DNA of 64,000 nt from an uncultured bacterium (GCA_963845185.1 CAWJRG010000005.1:1-64000); one strand, 5' to 3'. Positions 11,106-23,014 are shown, counted from the stretch's first letter. Translations and numbers: made by a program. The notes: generated by a model not told the origin, from the sequence alone.

Positions 11106-11606
11106 TCACACGGCCCCTTGTTTAACTATGGCCTGCATCCTGCTTGAACTTGCGTGACATATTCCTATGGCTATAGCGTCAGCAATGTCGTCGGGTTTTG
11201 GCACTTCGCGCATGGATAGAATCATTTTAACCATTTCCTGCACCTGCTTTTTATCTGCCATGCCGTACCCGGTAAGCGCCATTTTTACCTGCAGCGGCGT
11301 GTATTCATAAATTTCAATGCCTGCCTCTGCCGCCGCCAGCATTATGACTCCCCTTGCCTCGCCTACGCTTAAAGCCGTCTTTACATTTTTGTTGAAAAAT
11401 AATTTTTCAATCGCCATTACTTCAGCTTTGTTCTTTTTTATGATTTTTTTTATTTCCCTGAATATTTTACGCAGGCGCTCGGGCCCTTCTGTCCCTGCCT
11501 TTGTCTCTATAAGCCCGGACGACATGAGCCTGCAGCTGCCGCCTTTTTTTTCAATAATGCCGTACCCCGTCCTCGCTGTTCCCGGGTCTATTCCCAGTAT
11601 TATCAT
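11106..11606 (-). CDS. ruvC: Crossover junction endodeoxyribonuclease RuvC
   Basis: ILGIDPGTARTGYG, EYTPLQVK, PDDIADAIAI. Confidence 0.96.
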   Translation of the reverse strand: MIILGIDPGTARTGYGIIEKKGGSCRLMSSGLIETKAGTEGPERLRKIFREIKKIIKKNKAEVMAIEKLFFNKNVKTALSVGEARGVIMLAAAEAGIEIYEYTPLQVKMALTGYGMADKKQVQEMVKMILSMREVPKPDDIADAIAIGICHASSSRMQAIVKQGAV

Positions 11607-11611
11607 TCTTA

Positions 11612-12739
11612 TTAGTACCTGTAAATTCTGGTTACCCTGTCGGTAATCCCCGTAAAAATCTCATATGATATGGTGCCTATTCTTTCCGCCATGTCCTCAA
11701 CGTCAATGCTTCCGTATTTATCCCTGCCGAATATCAGCACTTCATCGCCTACTGCCACATTGCCTTTTATTTTTACCGCGGTCATATCCATGCAAACCCT
11801 GCCTATGACTTCGGCTTTCCTGCCCTTTATAAGCACATGCCATCCCTTGCCCGTGATATCGCGCCTGAAACCGTCACCGTAACCTATGCCAACAACGGCA
11901 ATTTTTTCCGCGCCCTTTGCCCTATAAAGCCCGCCATAGCTTACCCTGTCGCCCTTTTTCAGGCGCGCCGTATGCAGCACCCTGCTTTTTAAGGTCATGA
12001 CCGGCTTTAAATCAACTGATTTTTTTAATTTTTTGCTGCTGAACGAGCCGTAAAGCATTATGCCAGGGCGTACAGCGTCAAAATATGAAAACGGGAACCT
12101 TGTTATTGCCGCCGAATTTGCCGCGTGCATAAAAACGTTTTTTGGTTTTATGCATTTTATCGCTGCGAGCCTTATTGTTTGCAGTATTGTGAATTCACCG
12201 CCGCCAGGCATGTCGGAGTCGGCAAAATGCGTGTAAATGCTTTTTAAATTAATATTTGGAAGTTTTTTTATAAAATTCAGGAATTCGGCAGCCTGCTCGT
12301 TCCTTACGCCCAGCCTGTTCATGCCCGTATTTATCTTTAAATGAACGTTAACTTTTTTTCCGGCTTTTCCCGCTGTGCTGTTTAACTCCTCGGCTTCTTT
12401 GATTGAGAAAACAGAAGGCTCAAGCCTGTATTTTATTATGTCCCGTACCTCGCCCCTAAAAAATCCGCCCAGTATTATTATATTCGCCTTTGTCTGCCCG
12501 TGTTCCCTTAAATCCGTGCCTTCATTGACCCTCGCAACTCCCACATCCCCGGTTTTCAGTTCCTGCGTGAAAAATTTGCACAGCTCGTGTATCCCGTGCC
12601 CGTAAGCGTTTGCTTTAATGACCGGTATTATCTTCCTGTTGCCGGTAAATTTTTTTACCTGCATGTAATTATGCTTCAGAGCCCGCATGTCAATCTCTGC
12701 CCAGGCAGTCAGGTTTGCCGGCTTTGCTGGTTTTTCCAT
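11612..12739 (-). CDS. alr: Alanine racemase
   Basis: VIKANAYGHG, HLKINTGMNRLG, GRVCMD. Likely start at 12739 overlapping the dnaB stop. Confidence 0.95.
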   Translation of the reverse strand: MEKPAKPANLTAWAEIDMRALKHNYMQVKKFTGNRKIIPVIKANAYGHGIHELCKFFTQELKTGDVGVARVNEGTDLREHGQTKANIIILGGFFRGEVRDIIKYRLEPSVFSIKEAEELNSTAGKAGKKVNVHLKINTGMNRLGVRNEQAAEFLNFIKKLPNINLKSIYTHFADSDMPGGGEFTILQTIRLAAIKCIKPKNVFMHAANSAAITRFPFSYFDAVRPGIMLYGSFSSKKLKKSVDLKPVMTLKSRVLHTARLKKGDRVSYGGLYRAKGAEKIAVVGIGYGDGFRRDITGKGWHVLIKGRKAEVIGRVCMDMTAVKIKGNVAVGDEVLIFGRDKYGSIDVEDMAERIGTISYEIFTGITDRVTRIYRY

Positions 12740-14157
12740 TAAATCACTTCGTCCGTGTCGCGCTCGGATGTTTCTGAAAAGGTAGTAAAATCCTGGACAA
12801 ATACGACTTTTTGTTCCCCCGTCGGGCCGTTCCTGTTTTTCGCTATTATAAGCCTGCATTTGCGGAATATATGTTGTTGGCTGTCTCCTTCGTACGTGAA
12901 ACTACTCTGCTCTTCCTCGTCTTCCCTGTCTATGAAAATAACCACGTCGGCATCCTGCTCTATTGCGCCGCTTTCCCTTAAATCAGAAAGCCTGGGCGGA
13001 ACTTTTCTTTCCTTGCCCCTTGTACGTTCCCTTTTCTCCGGCTCCCTGTTGAGCTGCGACAGGGCCATTACAGGCGCGTCAATTTCCTTTGCGAGGATTT
13101 TCAGCGAACGGGTTATGAAAAATATCTGCTGTTCCCTCGGCACTCTCATGTCGCTCGGCCTCACAAGCTGCAGATAGTCTACTATTACCAGGTCGAGGGT
13201 TTTGCCGTCTTTTTTCAGCTCGTTCATTTTGGACCTTGCCTTTGCCCTTATATCAAGGACATTGTTGTCGTCCGTATCGAGCCATATATGCGAATCTGAC
13301 AGTTTCCCTGCAACGTCCAGTATCCTGTGCTCTTCTTCCTTGTTTATGAACCTTCCTGTCCTTATCTTTATAAGGTTAACATTGGCGCCTACCGCGAAAA
13401 ACCTTCTTATAATGTCAATAGCGTTCATTTCAAGGCTGAATATAAGTATGTTTGCAGGTTGTTGTTCTTTGGTGCCGGAATTATAAGCTATATTTAGCGC
13501 AAGCGATGTCTTTCCGACCGAAGGCCTTGCGGCAAGTATAATAAGTTCTGATTTTTGTAGGCCGGACATAAGGTCATCGAGCTTTTTAAATCCGGTGGCA
13601 AGCCCAAGCAGCGTCCTGTCGCTGCCTGCAAGCAGCTTCATGTCCTCATAAACCTGGCCTACAATATCTTTCAGGCGTACCGTGGAATCTTTCTGCTTCT
13701 TGTTTGTCACGTTGAAAATATCGGTTTCAGCCTTTGCCAGTATTTCATCCGGGTTATATTCTTCTTTAAAGGAGGTTTCGATTATTCTGGTGGATAGGTC
13801 AATGAGGTGCCTTAATATGGATTTATCCTTGACTATTTTTGCGTATTCTTCCACGTTCGCCGAGGTGGGGACCGAGTCGGCAAGGGATGAAACGTAAGAA
13901 GCTCCGCCTGCGTCTTCAAGCTGCCCTTTTGTTCTTAAAGCCTCTATTGTGGTCAGCGAATCTATTGCGCTGTCTGCCTCATACAGTTCCAGCATTGCCT
14001 TGAATATTCTTTTATGTTTCGGGTCGTAAAAATCATCGGCTTCTTTTGTAAAAGGGATGACGTTGTCGAAAGCTTTTCCGTCTAAAAGGATACAGCCAAG
14101 CAGAGCCTGCTCTGCCGATATATTCTGCGGCGGCACCCTTCCGGGTATTTCTGCCAT
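12739..14157 (-). CDS. dnaB: Replicative DNA helicase
   Basis: PPQNISAEQALLG, AARPSVGKT, DYLQL, LSDLRESGAIEQDAD, KNRNGPTG. Confidence 0.97.
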   Translation of the reverse strand: MAEIPGRVPPQNISAEQALLGCILLDGKAFDNVIPFTKEADDFYDPKHKRIFKAMLELYEADSAIDSLTTIEALRTKGQLEDAGGASYVSSLADSVPTSANVEEYAKIVKDKSILRHLIDLSTRIIETSFKEEYNPDEILAKAETDIFNVTNKKQKDSTVRLKDIVGQVYEDMKLLAGSDRTLLGLATGFKKLDDLMSGLQKSELIILAARPSVGKTSLALNIAYNSGTKEQQPANILIFSLEMNAIDIIRRFFAVGANVNLIKIRTGRFINKEEEHRILDVAGKLSDSHIWLDTDDNNVLDIRAKARSKMNELKKDGKTLDLVIVDYLQLVRPSDMRVPREQQIFFITRSLKILAKEIDAPVMALSQLNREPEKRERTRGKERKVPPRLSDLRESGAIEQDADVVIFIDREDEEEQSSFTYEGDSQQHIFRKCRLIIAKNRNGPTGEQKVVFVQDFTTFSETSERDTDEVI

Positions 14158-14161
14158 TGTA

Positions 14162-14620
14162 TTATCCTTTCTTTTCGTTCTCTCTTACAACCCACAACTT
14201 TATTCTTGTCTCAAGGTTTTCCTTGAAAACAACCGGGACGTTAAAAAGTCCCAGTTCCTTTATGTGTTTTTCAAGGGCTATATATTTTTTGTCTATTTCG
14301 ATTCCCTGTTTTAGTATCTCTTCCGCTATATCCGATTCCGACACCGAGCCAAAAAGTTTGTCGTCTTCGCCCGCAAGCTTCTTTATCGTGATTTCAAGCC
14401 CGGACAATTTTTTCAGGGTTTCGTTTATCTTTTTTTCCTCTTCGCTCATTTTAAAATATTTCCTTTTTGCCTGCTCCTGGATAAACTTGATATTGCCTTC
14501 CGTGACCTTTGTGACTTTGCCCCTGGGCAGCAGGAAATTCCTCGCGTATCCGTCCGATACTTTTACCACCTCTCCTGCCTTTCCGAGATTTTTAATATTT
14601 TCCTTGAGTATTACTTCCAT
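14162..14620 (-). CDS. rplI: 50S ribosomal protein L9
   Basis: LGKAGEVVKVSDGYARNFLLPRG, KLFGSV. Confidence 0.97.
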   Translation of the reverse strand: MEVILKENIKNLGKAGEVVKVSDGYARNFLLPRGKVTKVTEGNIKFIQEQAKRKYFKMSEEEKKINETLKKLSGLEITIKKLAGEDDKLFGSVSESDIAEEILKQGIEIDKKYIALEKHIKELGLFNVPVVFKENLETRIKLWVVRENEKKG

Positions 14621-15375
14621 ATCGTACCTCCCTTTTCTAATCTTCTGAAATTAAACCATGTGTCGAATATTCCGGTTAAAACCATAACTATGGATATTGT
14701 CGGCCATATCACAAACAGGGCGTATATAGCCGCCTGAAAATAAAAAGGCACTCCGAATTTGTTGAGATAAAAAGTTAAAACGGATATGCCTATTATAAAA
14801 TAAAGGTTCGCCATTACTATAACAAAATTCAGGCCTGCCGTGTAGGACGCTTCACTTTTAAAGAAACTTTTCCCGATTACAAATGCCAGAGCAACAAGCA
14901 GTATCCACATTACTCTTTCATCCAGGTACCATTCTGGGAAAGCGCGGATCTCGTTTTTAATGTTATACTTTTTTATCGCAAAAAGCCTTACGACAAAATA
15001 ATTGAGAAAAACCATGAAAAGCACCGAAACAAAGCACCAGCCCGCGAAAGTTTTGACAAAGAAAATTTCCATGATTTCTTTTATGTATTCCAGTTCCTGC
15101 GCAGAGGCGCCGCCCTTCTTGTAATTGTCGAGCGCGGTTTTCAGGCTGTTGTCCAGCTCGCCCGATATGTAGGTAATCATATTGTGCCCGGTTGTGCTTT
15201 TTAAAAGAAAAAACAGCGCTGCAAAGAGTATGATGAAATAAAATGTCCCCGAAACAATGATATAAATCCATTTTATGTTTTTCTTGACCATGGCCAGAAA
15301 AATAGCGTCAAGCCCGAAGAAAACAAGTATCATTAAAAACAAGCTTATCAGGGTATATGCGAAATCATAAAGCAT
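14611..15375 (-). CDS. DUF2232/YybS-family membrane protein
   Basis: Multi-TM with terminal GIFDTWFNFRR; conserved position between rpsR and rplI. Confidence 0.85.
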   Translation of the reverse strand: MLYDFAYTLISLFLMILVFFGLDAIFLAMVKKNIKWIYIIVSGTFYFIILFAALFFLLKSTTGHNMITYISGELDNSLKTALDNYKKGGASAQELEYIKEIMEIFFVKTFAGWCFVSVLFMVFLNYFVVRLFAIKKYNIKNEIRAFPEWYLDERVMWILLVALAFVIGKSFFKSEASYTAGLNFVIVMANLYFIIGISVLTFYLNKFGVPFYFQAAIYALFVIWPTISIVMVLTGIFDTWFNFRRLEKGGTIWK

Positions 15376-15387
15376 AAAAATTACCTT

Positions 15388-15657
15388 TTATTCTGCTGTG
15401 AAAGGCAACAAACCCGCTTCCCTGCCTCTCTTTATGGCCCTTGTCAGCATTCTCTGGTGTTTAGCGCACGCTCCGGTTATCCTTCTCGGTATTATCTTAC
15501 CGCGCTCGGTTATATAATTTCTCAGGAAATCAACGCTTTTGTAATCGACCTGCCTCATTTCTTCGATGCACAATTTGCATTTTTTCTTTCTTATCCTTTT
15601 AAAACCCATTGATCTTCCGCCGCCGGGTCTTCCTCCTGATCGTCTTTCTGTCGCCAT
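15388..15657 (-). CDS. rpsR: 30S ribosomal protein S18
   Basis: [27 protein letters not shown]. Confidence 0.97.
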   Translation of the reverse strand: MATERRSGGRPGGGRSMGFKRIRKKKCKLCIEEMRQVDYKSVDFLRNYITERGKIIPRRITGACAKHQRMLTRAIKRGREAGLLPFTAE

Positions 15658-15829
15658 CCAGCTTCCTCCTCAGTTAATTGTGTGGAACCCCGCCGGCAGT
15701 AGCCGCCGGTTTTTATACCGAATGCTCCGTACGAGGGATTCCTTAAAAAACCACCGGAGGTTTATCATAAGTTCCCTCCGGAAAGTTGTAACTCATTCCC
15801 CAACCCTGGTTGGGGAAATTCTTTCTAGA

Positions 15830-16276
15830 TTAAAACGGTACTTCCTCGCCTCCTATGGGCGCATCGCCCGCGGTGTGCGCGTCGCTCGGGCCTACATTTC
15901 CTTCACCTGCCGGTGCTGTTTCTCCCGCTCCCGGCGCATAGTCGCTTTTCTTCTTGCCGATAAACTGCACCTTGTCTGCAATTACTTCCAGCACGCTCTT
16001 TTTCACGCCTTCCTCTTCCCAGCTGTTGTTATGCAGCCTTCCCTCGACGAAAACCCCTGAGCCCTTTGCCAGATAAGTATGGCAGCTTTCCGCCTGCTTG
16101 CCCCATACCACTACATTCACAAAACAAACTTCTTCTTTCTTGTCCCCGCTCTGCGTTGTGTATGTCCTGTTTATGGCCAGCCTCAAATTAGTCACCGGCT
16201 GCCCGTTTTTCCCGTATTTTAGTTCAAGATCCCTGGTTAAATTCCCCATCAAAAAAACTCTGTTAAGATTTGCCAT
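15830..16276 (-). CDS. ssb: Single-stranded DNA-binding protein
   Basis: NRVFLMGNLTRD, VFVEGRL, acidic C-terminus EEVPF. Confidence 0.97.
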   Translation of the reverse strand: MANLNRVFLMGNLTRDLELKYGKNGQPVTNLRLAINRTYTTQSGDKKEEVCFVNVVVWGKQAESCHTYLAKGSGVFVEGRLHNNSWEEEGVKKSVLEVIADKVQFIGKKKSDYAPGAGETAPAGEGNVGPSDAHTAGDAPIGGEEVPF

Positions 16277-16330
16277 TGTAAAATACCCTCCTTAGAATCC
16301 GTTGATTTTGCCAAGCGTCATGTTCTGCCT

Positions 16331-16717
16331 TTAATTCCCTGCTTCCTTTGCTTCGGCAGCCGCCGGCTTTTCCTGCGGCGGCGCGATCCTGTCTTTTACC
16401 GCATCCTCTTTCTTCACTTTCTTTTTCTTCTCTTCGATCCTGATGACGGTTCCTCTTATAATATGTTCGGTTATCCTGACTTTTTTCCTAAAATCGTTTA
16501 CAAGTTTGGGTTCAATATTGAATTTAAAGTAATAGTAAATCGCCTCTTTGAACTTTGCTACTTTAAAGGCAATTTGTTTTTTTTCAGGTTTGTCTTCCTG
16601 GATCATCACGGCGTTTGCTTCATTAAGGTAATTTTTGACTTTGGATGTGACAGCCGCCGTTTCCTCATCGCTTAAAGTCGGCTTGATAAAAAGTAAAGCT
16701 TCGTAAACTTTCTGCAT
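16331..16717 (-). CDS. rpsF: 30S ribosomal protein S6
   Basis: YEALLFIKPTL N-terminus and rpsF-ssb-rpsR gene order. Confidence 0.92.
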   Translation of the reverse strand: MQKVYEALLFIKPTLSDEETAAVTSKVKNYLNEANAVMIQEDKPEKKQIAFKVAKFKEAIYYYFKFNIEPKLVNDFRKKVRITEHIIRGTVIRIEEKKKKVKKEDAVKDRIAPPQEKPAAAEAKEAGN

Positions 16718-16805
16718 AATGCACTTGCTCCTTTCATGTTCGAGTTTAACCTATACCTGCGGCCAAAAAAACTTGGTGTTTGCCCCGCAAGGCGAATAGG
16801 TAGAA

Positions 16806-16833
16806 ATTCTAACAGAATATTATTTTTTTTCAA
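16806..16833 (-). promoter_or_regulatory. Sigma70-type promoter of the rpsF operon
   Basis: TTGAAA-16 nt-TAGAAT with extended TG; spacer includes a homopolymer. Confidence 0.6.
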
Positions 16834-16934
16834 GCTAAAAATACAACCTGCTATGTTAGAGAGGAATTTTAAATAGGTTTACTAATAAATATACTGTAAT
16901 GGTTAGTATTTTAATTGTAATTTAAATTTTATAA

Positions 16935-17819
16935 TTAAAAGCTAATTTTACATGCTTGAGTTTGGGAAGCCACCCAGAAAGTATCGGTTGCAACCCAATC
17001 AATGCCAAAAGTCTTGAGAGAACTGCCCAGTAAATATATTGCGTCTATAGTTCCGGAAGTGCTCATCTTGTAGATATAACCGTTAGTATTATCATAAGAT
17101 GACAGCCAGAGATATCCATCACCGCCGTATGTTATACCCCAATAATAACCTCCGTTATATGGTTGTTGCACTGAGAACCCGCCAAGAGAAGTGCCTGTAG
17201 TTGAATATTTAACGCATTGCCAGTTATAGGAAGTATCTAAATATAGCACCCACATATTTGTTCCATCGTATGCAATCCTGAAATAGTTCTCAGTTGTAAT
17301 CGGTTTATTAAAACTAGCCTTTGCAGTCCCGGTGATGTCATTGCTGTCATAAGCCTTAAAATAAGCAGCATACCCGCTCGTTACTGTTGAATACCAGAGC
17401 CAGTTATTCGTTTTATCCACCGCCATTCCATCTATCATAGGTGCAGTTGTTGAAAAAAGCGAATTTCCGGAAGAATCATATTTTACAAAATATGCACAGG
17501 CTGACTCCTCGGATGCCCATATATTTCCATCTGCATCCTGAACGATTGCCGAAGTTGCTGAACCGCATGTGCTCGTATTTACTGAAAAACATGTTTTCGT
17601 GATCAATGCAGAAACATCCGTTATCTGGAGAGTCGGAGTGATTGTAGCAGTCGGAGTGGCAGAAACTATCGGACTTATTGTTGCACTTAAAACAAGTGTA
17701 CTTGTTGGATTAGTATCGGAATTTGTCGCAGAATTGTGTTTTTTAGTGCATGCTAAAATTGAAATCAGACATAATAAAATTATGAACACATAAGATAAAA
17801 CATCCCTTATTTTGTACAT
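16935..17819 (-). CDS. Lipoprotein with Thr/Pro linker and probable beta-propeller domain
   Basis: Lipobox ILAC, TPTATITPT linker, repeated blade-like segments (DGNIW, YDGTNMW, DGYLW). Confidence 0.7.
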   Translation of the reverse strand: MYKIRDVLSYVFIILLCLISILACTKKHNSATNSDTNPTSTLVLSATISPIVSATPTATITPTLQITDVSALITKTCFSVNTSTCGSATSAIVQDADGNIWASEESACAYFVKYDSSGNSLFSTTAPMIDGMAVDKTNNWLWYSTVTSGYAAYFKAYDSNDITGTAKASFNKPITTENYFRIAYDGTNMWVLYLDTSYNWQCVKYSTTGTSLGGFSVQQPYNGGYYWGITYGGDGYLWLSSYDNTNGYIYKMSTSGTIDAIYLLGSSLKTFGIDWVATDTFWVASQTQACKISF

Positions 17820-17877
17820 AATACTATACCTCCTCTATCTGATGCAATTATAACACAATATTGCCATAAATCAACGT

Positions 17878-20800
17878 TTATCTGATTATTGCTATTTTCT
17901 TTGTCGCCATCTTTTCCCCTGCTTGCACTCTTAGTATATATACGCCATTTGCAACATGTATCCCAAAATCATTAGTTACGTTCCAGACAATGCAATTCAC
18001 GCCTGCCATCGTTTCTCCCGCATCAAGTTTCTTTTGCCAGATTATTTTACCATTGTTGTCGTAAATCGCTATGTTGACATCCTCTGGCGATTCAAGAGAA
18101 AACCTGATGTTTGTTTTGTCTTTGCACGGATTCGGGAAATTAAACGTATTCTTTTCACATAGCGGTTCTGCCAAACCAGGTGTTTTGTCTATATTTGAAT
18201 CGCATAACTGCTTAACTTTAGTCGGAGTGACAGTCGGCGTTATAGTTGTCGGGCATGTTGGTTCTATTCCCCGTATAAGGTATCCGCCATCATATACACA
18301 TATCTTTTCCCAATCCCTCCAACCTTTATTCTTGCATTCGTTCCAGTATTCATGATTTTCCCACCTGTTCCAATTTTCGCAATTCCCAAATGAATAATCA
18401 TTTGACTGGTCATACAGGCTGTTGTCTGCCCTTTTTACGAAAACACTTAATGTTATTTCACCGCCACGCTTTAATTCTCCAGCGCAATCACTAAAACTTA
18501 TTTCCAGTATTCTATCCTGACAATCGAATGGATTTTTAATTACGTTTACAATCACGCAATTGGAAATTTTATGTTTTTCATTTTCATTGTCTTTACCCTG
18601 TCCAAACCATCCGCATTCTTCTCCGCCAAAATTCTCGTTGTTGTCTTTTCCAAATTCCCAATTGCCATCCATATCATCCATATCAATATACCCTGATTTT
18701 AACGCCCAATAAACCCCCGTTGTTTCTTGGCCATTATAACCGTCAGAAGTATAGAAATACCTTATTACAACGCTGCTCAAATCAACGTCTTTTTTCGAGC
18801 AATTCTTAAAGATTATCTGCGGATTTATTGTTTTTGTCTTTATTTTGTCTATTCCAGGTATGTAACGCAACTTATAGCATAAACCCGGAATTTCGGTATT
18901 TGTTATTGTCGGCGTTACTGTGCATGTAGGTGTCGGCGTATTTGTGTATGTCTCTGTTGGAGTTATTGTAAATGTCGGGCTCGCAGTCTTTGTGGATGTT
19001 AAAGTAATTGTAAACGTCGGAGTAATTGGCGGAGCAGCTATGTCAATATTGAACGGCCCTCTGATATTATTTACCACAGCTCCATAACCTATTTCCTGTC
19101 CTTGCGCTATTGTTCCTGTCAACTGGATATTGTCATAATTTATTCCGTTTAACGTACCTTTTACTGTTAGTGTATATGACCCACCGCCACCACTTCCTAC
19201 TAATTTAATTTTATATGCTCCAGCAGGTGATGGAATCAATATCCGCTGGTGTGGTTGCGTTTTGAATAATGCTCCGGGAATTTGGTCCGTATTAACGTTT
19301 ATTACCCTTCCTTTCACGTCCGTTATTGACAAATCCGCAGGGCTAAACAATTCAACATCCAATACACCTCCCCAAACAGGCTGTCTTGTCTGTAATGACA
19401 ATAAAGAAAATATTGTACCCATTACCTTCGGTTCCTGCCAGTCTACAGTCGGGTCGGTTATATAATTTGGCCATGAACCGTCAGAATTCTGTGTCAATAA
19501 TAATTTATTCTGCAGCGCATCATACCAATCTGTAAATCCGTTTATCGTTTTTACATTACTTAATCCATACATAGTAAATGCCTTTGCCATAGTCAGGTAA
19601 TAATAATACAGCCATTCATATCCCATTGCAGGATTTGTTGCATTTACGGGCGTTACCGGATTTTGGTCTACACTTAAATTATTTGCGAACCAATTAACTA
19701 ATCCCGTAGTCGGATTAGTCAATCTACTATCAGTCCCCGGTATTCCTAAACACCAGTAAGCCCACATGCTTGCCGCAGACATTGTTCCATATGACCTATT
19801 TTGAGCCCAATGTCCGCTATCCGTCGTTCCATATGGCTTATAATTGCCCCCACCATCTGTATATGGAGGCAATGGCACATTTGTTGGTACGTTCCTGCTT
19901 CTATCGACAAATATCAACGCATCGGCATTGCTTGCTGAATTAAGCCAATCAATATGACCTAATGTTCCCGGGTCTATATTTGTTGCGCTATCTACCGTCC
20001 TTAATGCGAGCAATGCAAATTGTGAATTGCTCATATCAGCCCATCCAGTCGGAAAGTTTTCAGGTACTCCCCTTGGATATCCAAATCCTCCGAAATACAA
20101 CGCCGGCTCCCATACTCCGGAAACCGTTGGATTTTGTACATAATTCACCTGATCCCTTGTCATTCCTACGCACTGTACGCCGCTTAAATAATTGTACGCA
20201 TTTTGGATATCAGCGTCATATATTGTTATTCCATATTTTATCACGTGCAACTTTCTTATTGCTATTAACGCAGATATTGCTCCTGATGTTTCATATACCA
20301 CAGGCAACTCCCCGGGCGCGACAAAAGCCGAATTAAATATTGAACCATCCGCGAGATTCCTCTGAGTCAGTATATATGCCAACCCATTCTTTACATTCGT
20401 ATCCGCTTCATAGTCATATCCCGGCGTATTTATTACTCCATCATTTATCAATGCCAGTATAGCCAATCCTGTCAAGGCTACGGTCTGCTGGCTTGACGAC
20501 TGCCCATCCTCATAAGACCATGAACCATTAGAATTTTGAACCGACCTCAACCAGTTTAATCCTGCAGTCATGTTCCCCTTTACCTGGATAGATCCTTCAA
20601 ACGGCAAGTAGTTGTGTTTTGTCACCGTTACATACAATGTGCCTCCTGTTTGTGCCGTGAACCCACTAAAAACAGCATTACCACTGGAGTCTGTTTCTTG
20701 TACAAGGAATTTGTCACCTTCTTTATACAAACACACCCTTGCATTACTTACACCAGCAACATTTACCGTTATATCGTAGCTTACGTTTGAATTTATTATA

Positions 20801-23014
20801 TTCGGACAGTTCCAGCTTACAGCAAAAGAGCCTGCATTATTGGAATATATTGGTATTAAAGGGTCTCCCTGCATATTCATTTCCAAAACTCCGGTACGGG
20901 CAATCCCACGAAGAGTTAATTCACCAATGGATGAATTAATAAAACTATTTTTACCCGCAGTATATAAGCTTCCAGACGTATAATAAAAGTAATCATCTTC
21001 ATGGGAAGAAACATAATTAAACAAATTTTGGACATATTGAGCATAAGCAGTAACAAAATTTGAACCCAGAGTTCTGCTTGCACCAATAAAAGTCACAAAA
21101 CCGCCATTCAATGATTTTATGAAATTTTCAGAAATAGAAAATGATGTATTATTTGCAGTTGCATACGAAGCTCCAAAATCGAAAGCTCCTGATTCACAGC
21201 TTGAATTTAAACAAACGCCGCTAAATCTTCCGTTGGAATTCAATCCATATGCATCTGCTTCCTGCATCCATGGCCCTCCTCCTGAGCATGTCCCACTAAT
21301 AATGGTATCCTGCGAGTCAAGACACCATACTGCACCAGAACCATGGTTATTTACGAGTACAACATTGTATCCTGAATTCAAATAAGCTTTCATATTACTT
21401 AGCGTATCGGGTGCATTTGCATTATAGACAGTACCCGGATTATTGGCGTCAATTACAAATTGTGCATCACAATTATATACTTTATTTATGTTGAGATAAC
21501 TTGGAAACCAAGTATTCCATTGATTGACGTCACCGTTTGAAATATCCTTTGTTCCCATCTGGCAAAACTCCTGTGTGGAAACACCTGGTGGGTCAATGGC
21601 AGTATCTAATACTTTGTTAAAGTAATCATTATGCGTATTTTTTTCATATGCGATCGTTTTTGAACAAAAATTCTGGACTTCAGTTATATTTATGGCATCA
21701 GCCCGTCCTAAATTCAGGTTTATCGTCCAATACGGCAATAATGTCGGATCAGAAGTAGTACTGGCTGCCGGTTCATAACAATCATAATGCGTATTAGCCC
21801 CCAAAACCGATGGATTGTCAGCATAATTTCCCTGCAATATCCATTCCAATTCCACCGGGCTACCATTCAAGGTTACCAGTTGCAATCCGGAACAATAATA
21901 AAAATCCGTTGGCCCAGGATAAAAAACAGGATAAGACATATTCATATATTTTGTTGGCACAACATCAACATCCCCACCCAACAACACGTACTGCGTTCCA
22001 CAATTCCTGTACATGTCCTTTAAAAATTCACGAATTTTCTGTGAGGATTGAGTCGGGGCTTGATAATCCTGCACACCACTATATTTACTATTACTATAAA
22101 TATATTCAGTAGTAAAAATAGCAGTTGTAATTCCTTCTTTTAGCCTCCAGTTCGCCAATTGTTGGAAGGCAGGTACAAAATCTTTTTTTGTAACAATTAC
22201 GTATTCGAATAATCCGGGACTGGTGCTGCTAAACGTCGGATTTACAGGGACGTCAATCCTGGGAATAAAAATATCGTTGCCATTTTGCGAATATGAATAA
22301 CTGCTGCTCTTATCAACCAATACCTGTGGCGATACTTTATAATTATCAACGTCAGAAGGATTAATTACCTCTTCCTTTATTTCATTATCCTTTTTATTTT
22401 GTGAGTCCTTTGCTCTTAGTTGCAGGGGAGACAGACTATAAGTATTTTGAGTCTGGATGTCAAAATTGACGCCAGTGACAACGTTAACCTGGCCAGAGCT
22501 TGGAATGTATTGCAGCAAATAAAGTTTTATATAACATATATTATAACAACCTTCTTCATACTTGTTCCCGAACGACCTAATATTATTTGCCGGATATTGC
22601 GAAGAAGAACCATATATGCTTGCATCAGGCGGAACAAAAGTAGGGAGGGTATAATTGCGCAAATCCTGCAAATCGTGCTGAATCGGATATAAGTAATATG
22701 TACCTGTCAATGCTTGCGTAGTAATATTATTTATTGTAACTCCCGTGACAATTTGCCCGTTTGGAATTATTACCTTCAATACCTGGTAAGGCACACTTGG
22801 GGCACCAATTAATCCACTGTCATCAGTTTCAAATTGATTGTCGTTACCCAATCCTTTAACTGAAATAAAATCATAAGCGGTGGCATTAACATTTTCTTTT
22901 GCATAAATTTAGATTATTGGGATCAAATGAATAACTAAAGGAAAGACCTTGAGAGAAAAGAAAGGAATTGAGGACAAATACCAAAAACGAAACGATTGGA
23001 AAAATTTTTTTCAT
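17878..23014 (-). CDS. Large secreted gingipain-like C25 peptidase with prenyltransferase/squalene-cyclase-like repeats, CBM3-like domain and C-terminal Ig-like domain (frameshift near 22905)
   Basis: GGAGG plus ATG at 23014 gives signal peptide MKKIFPIVSFLVFVLNSFLFS. C25 motifs YVLLGGDVDVVP, HG and SC; QNSNGSW/QNSDGSW repeats; DQSNDYSF; NFPNP..NGVYILRV tail. Confidence 0.85.
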
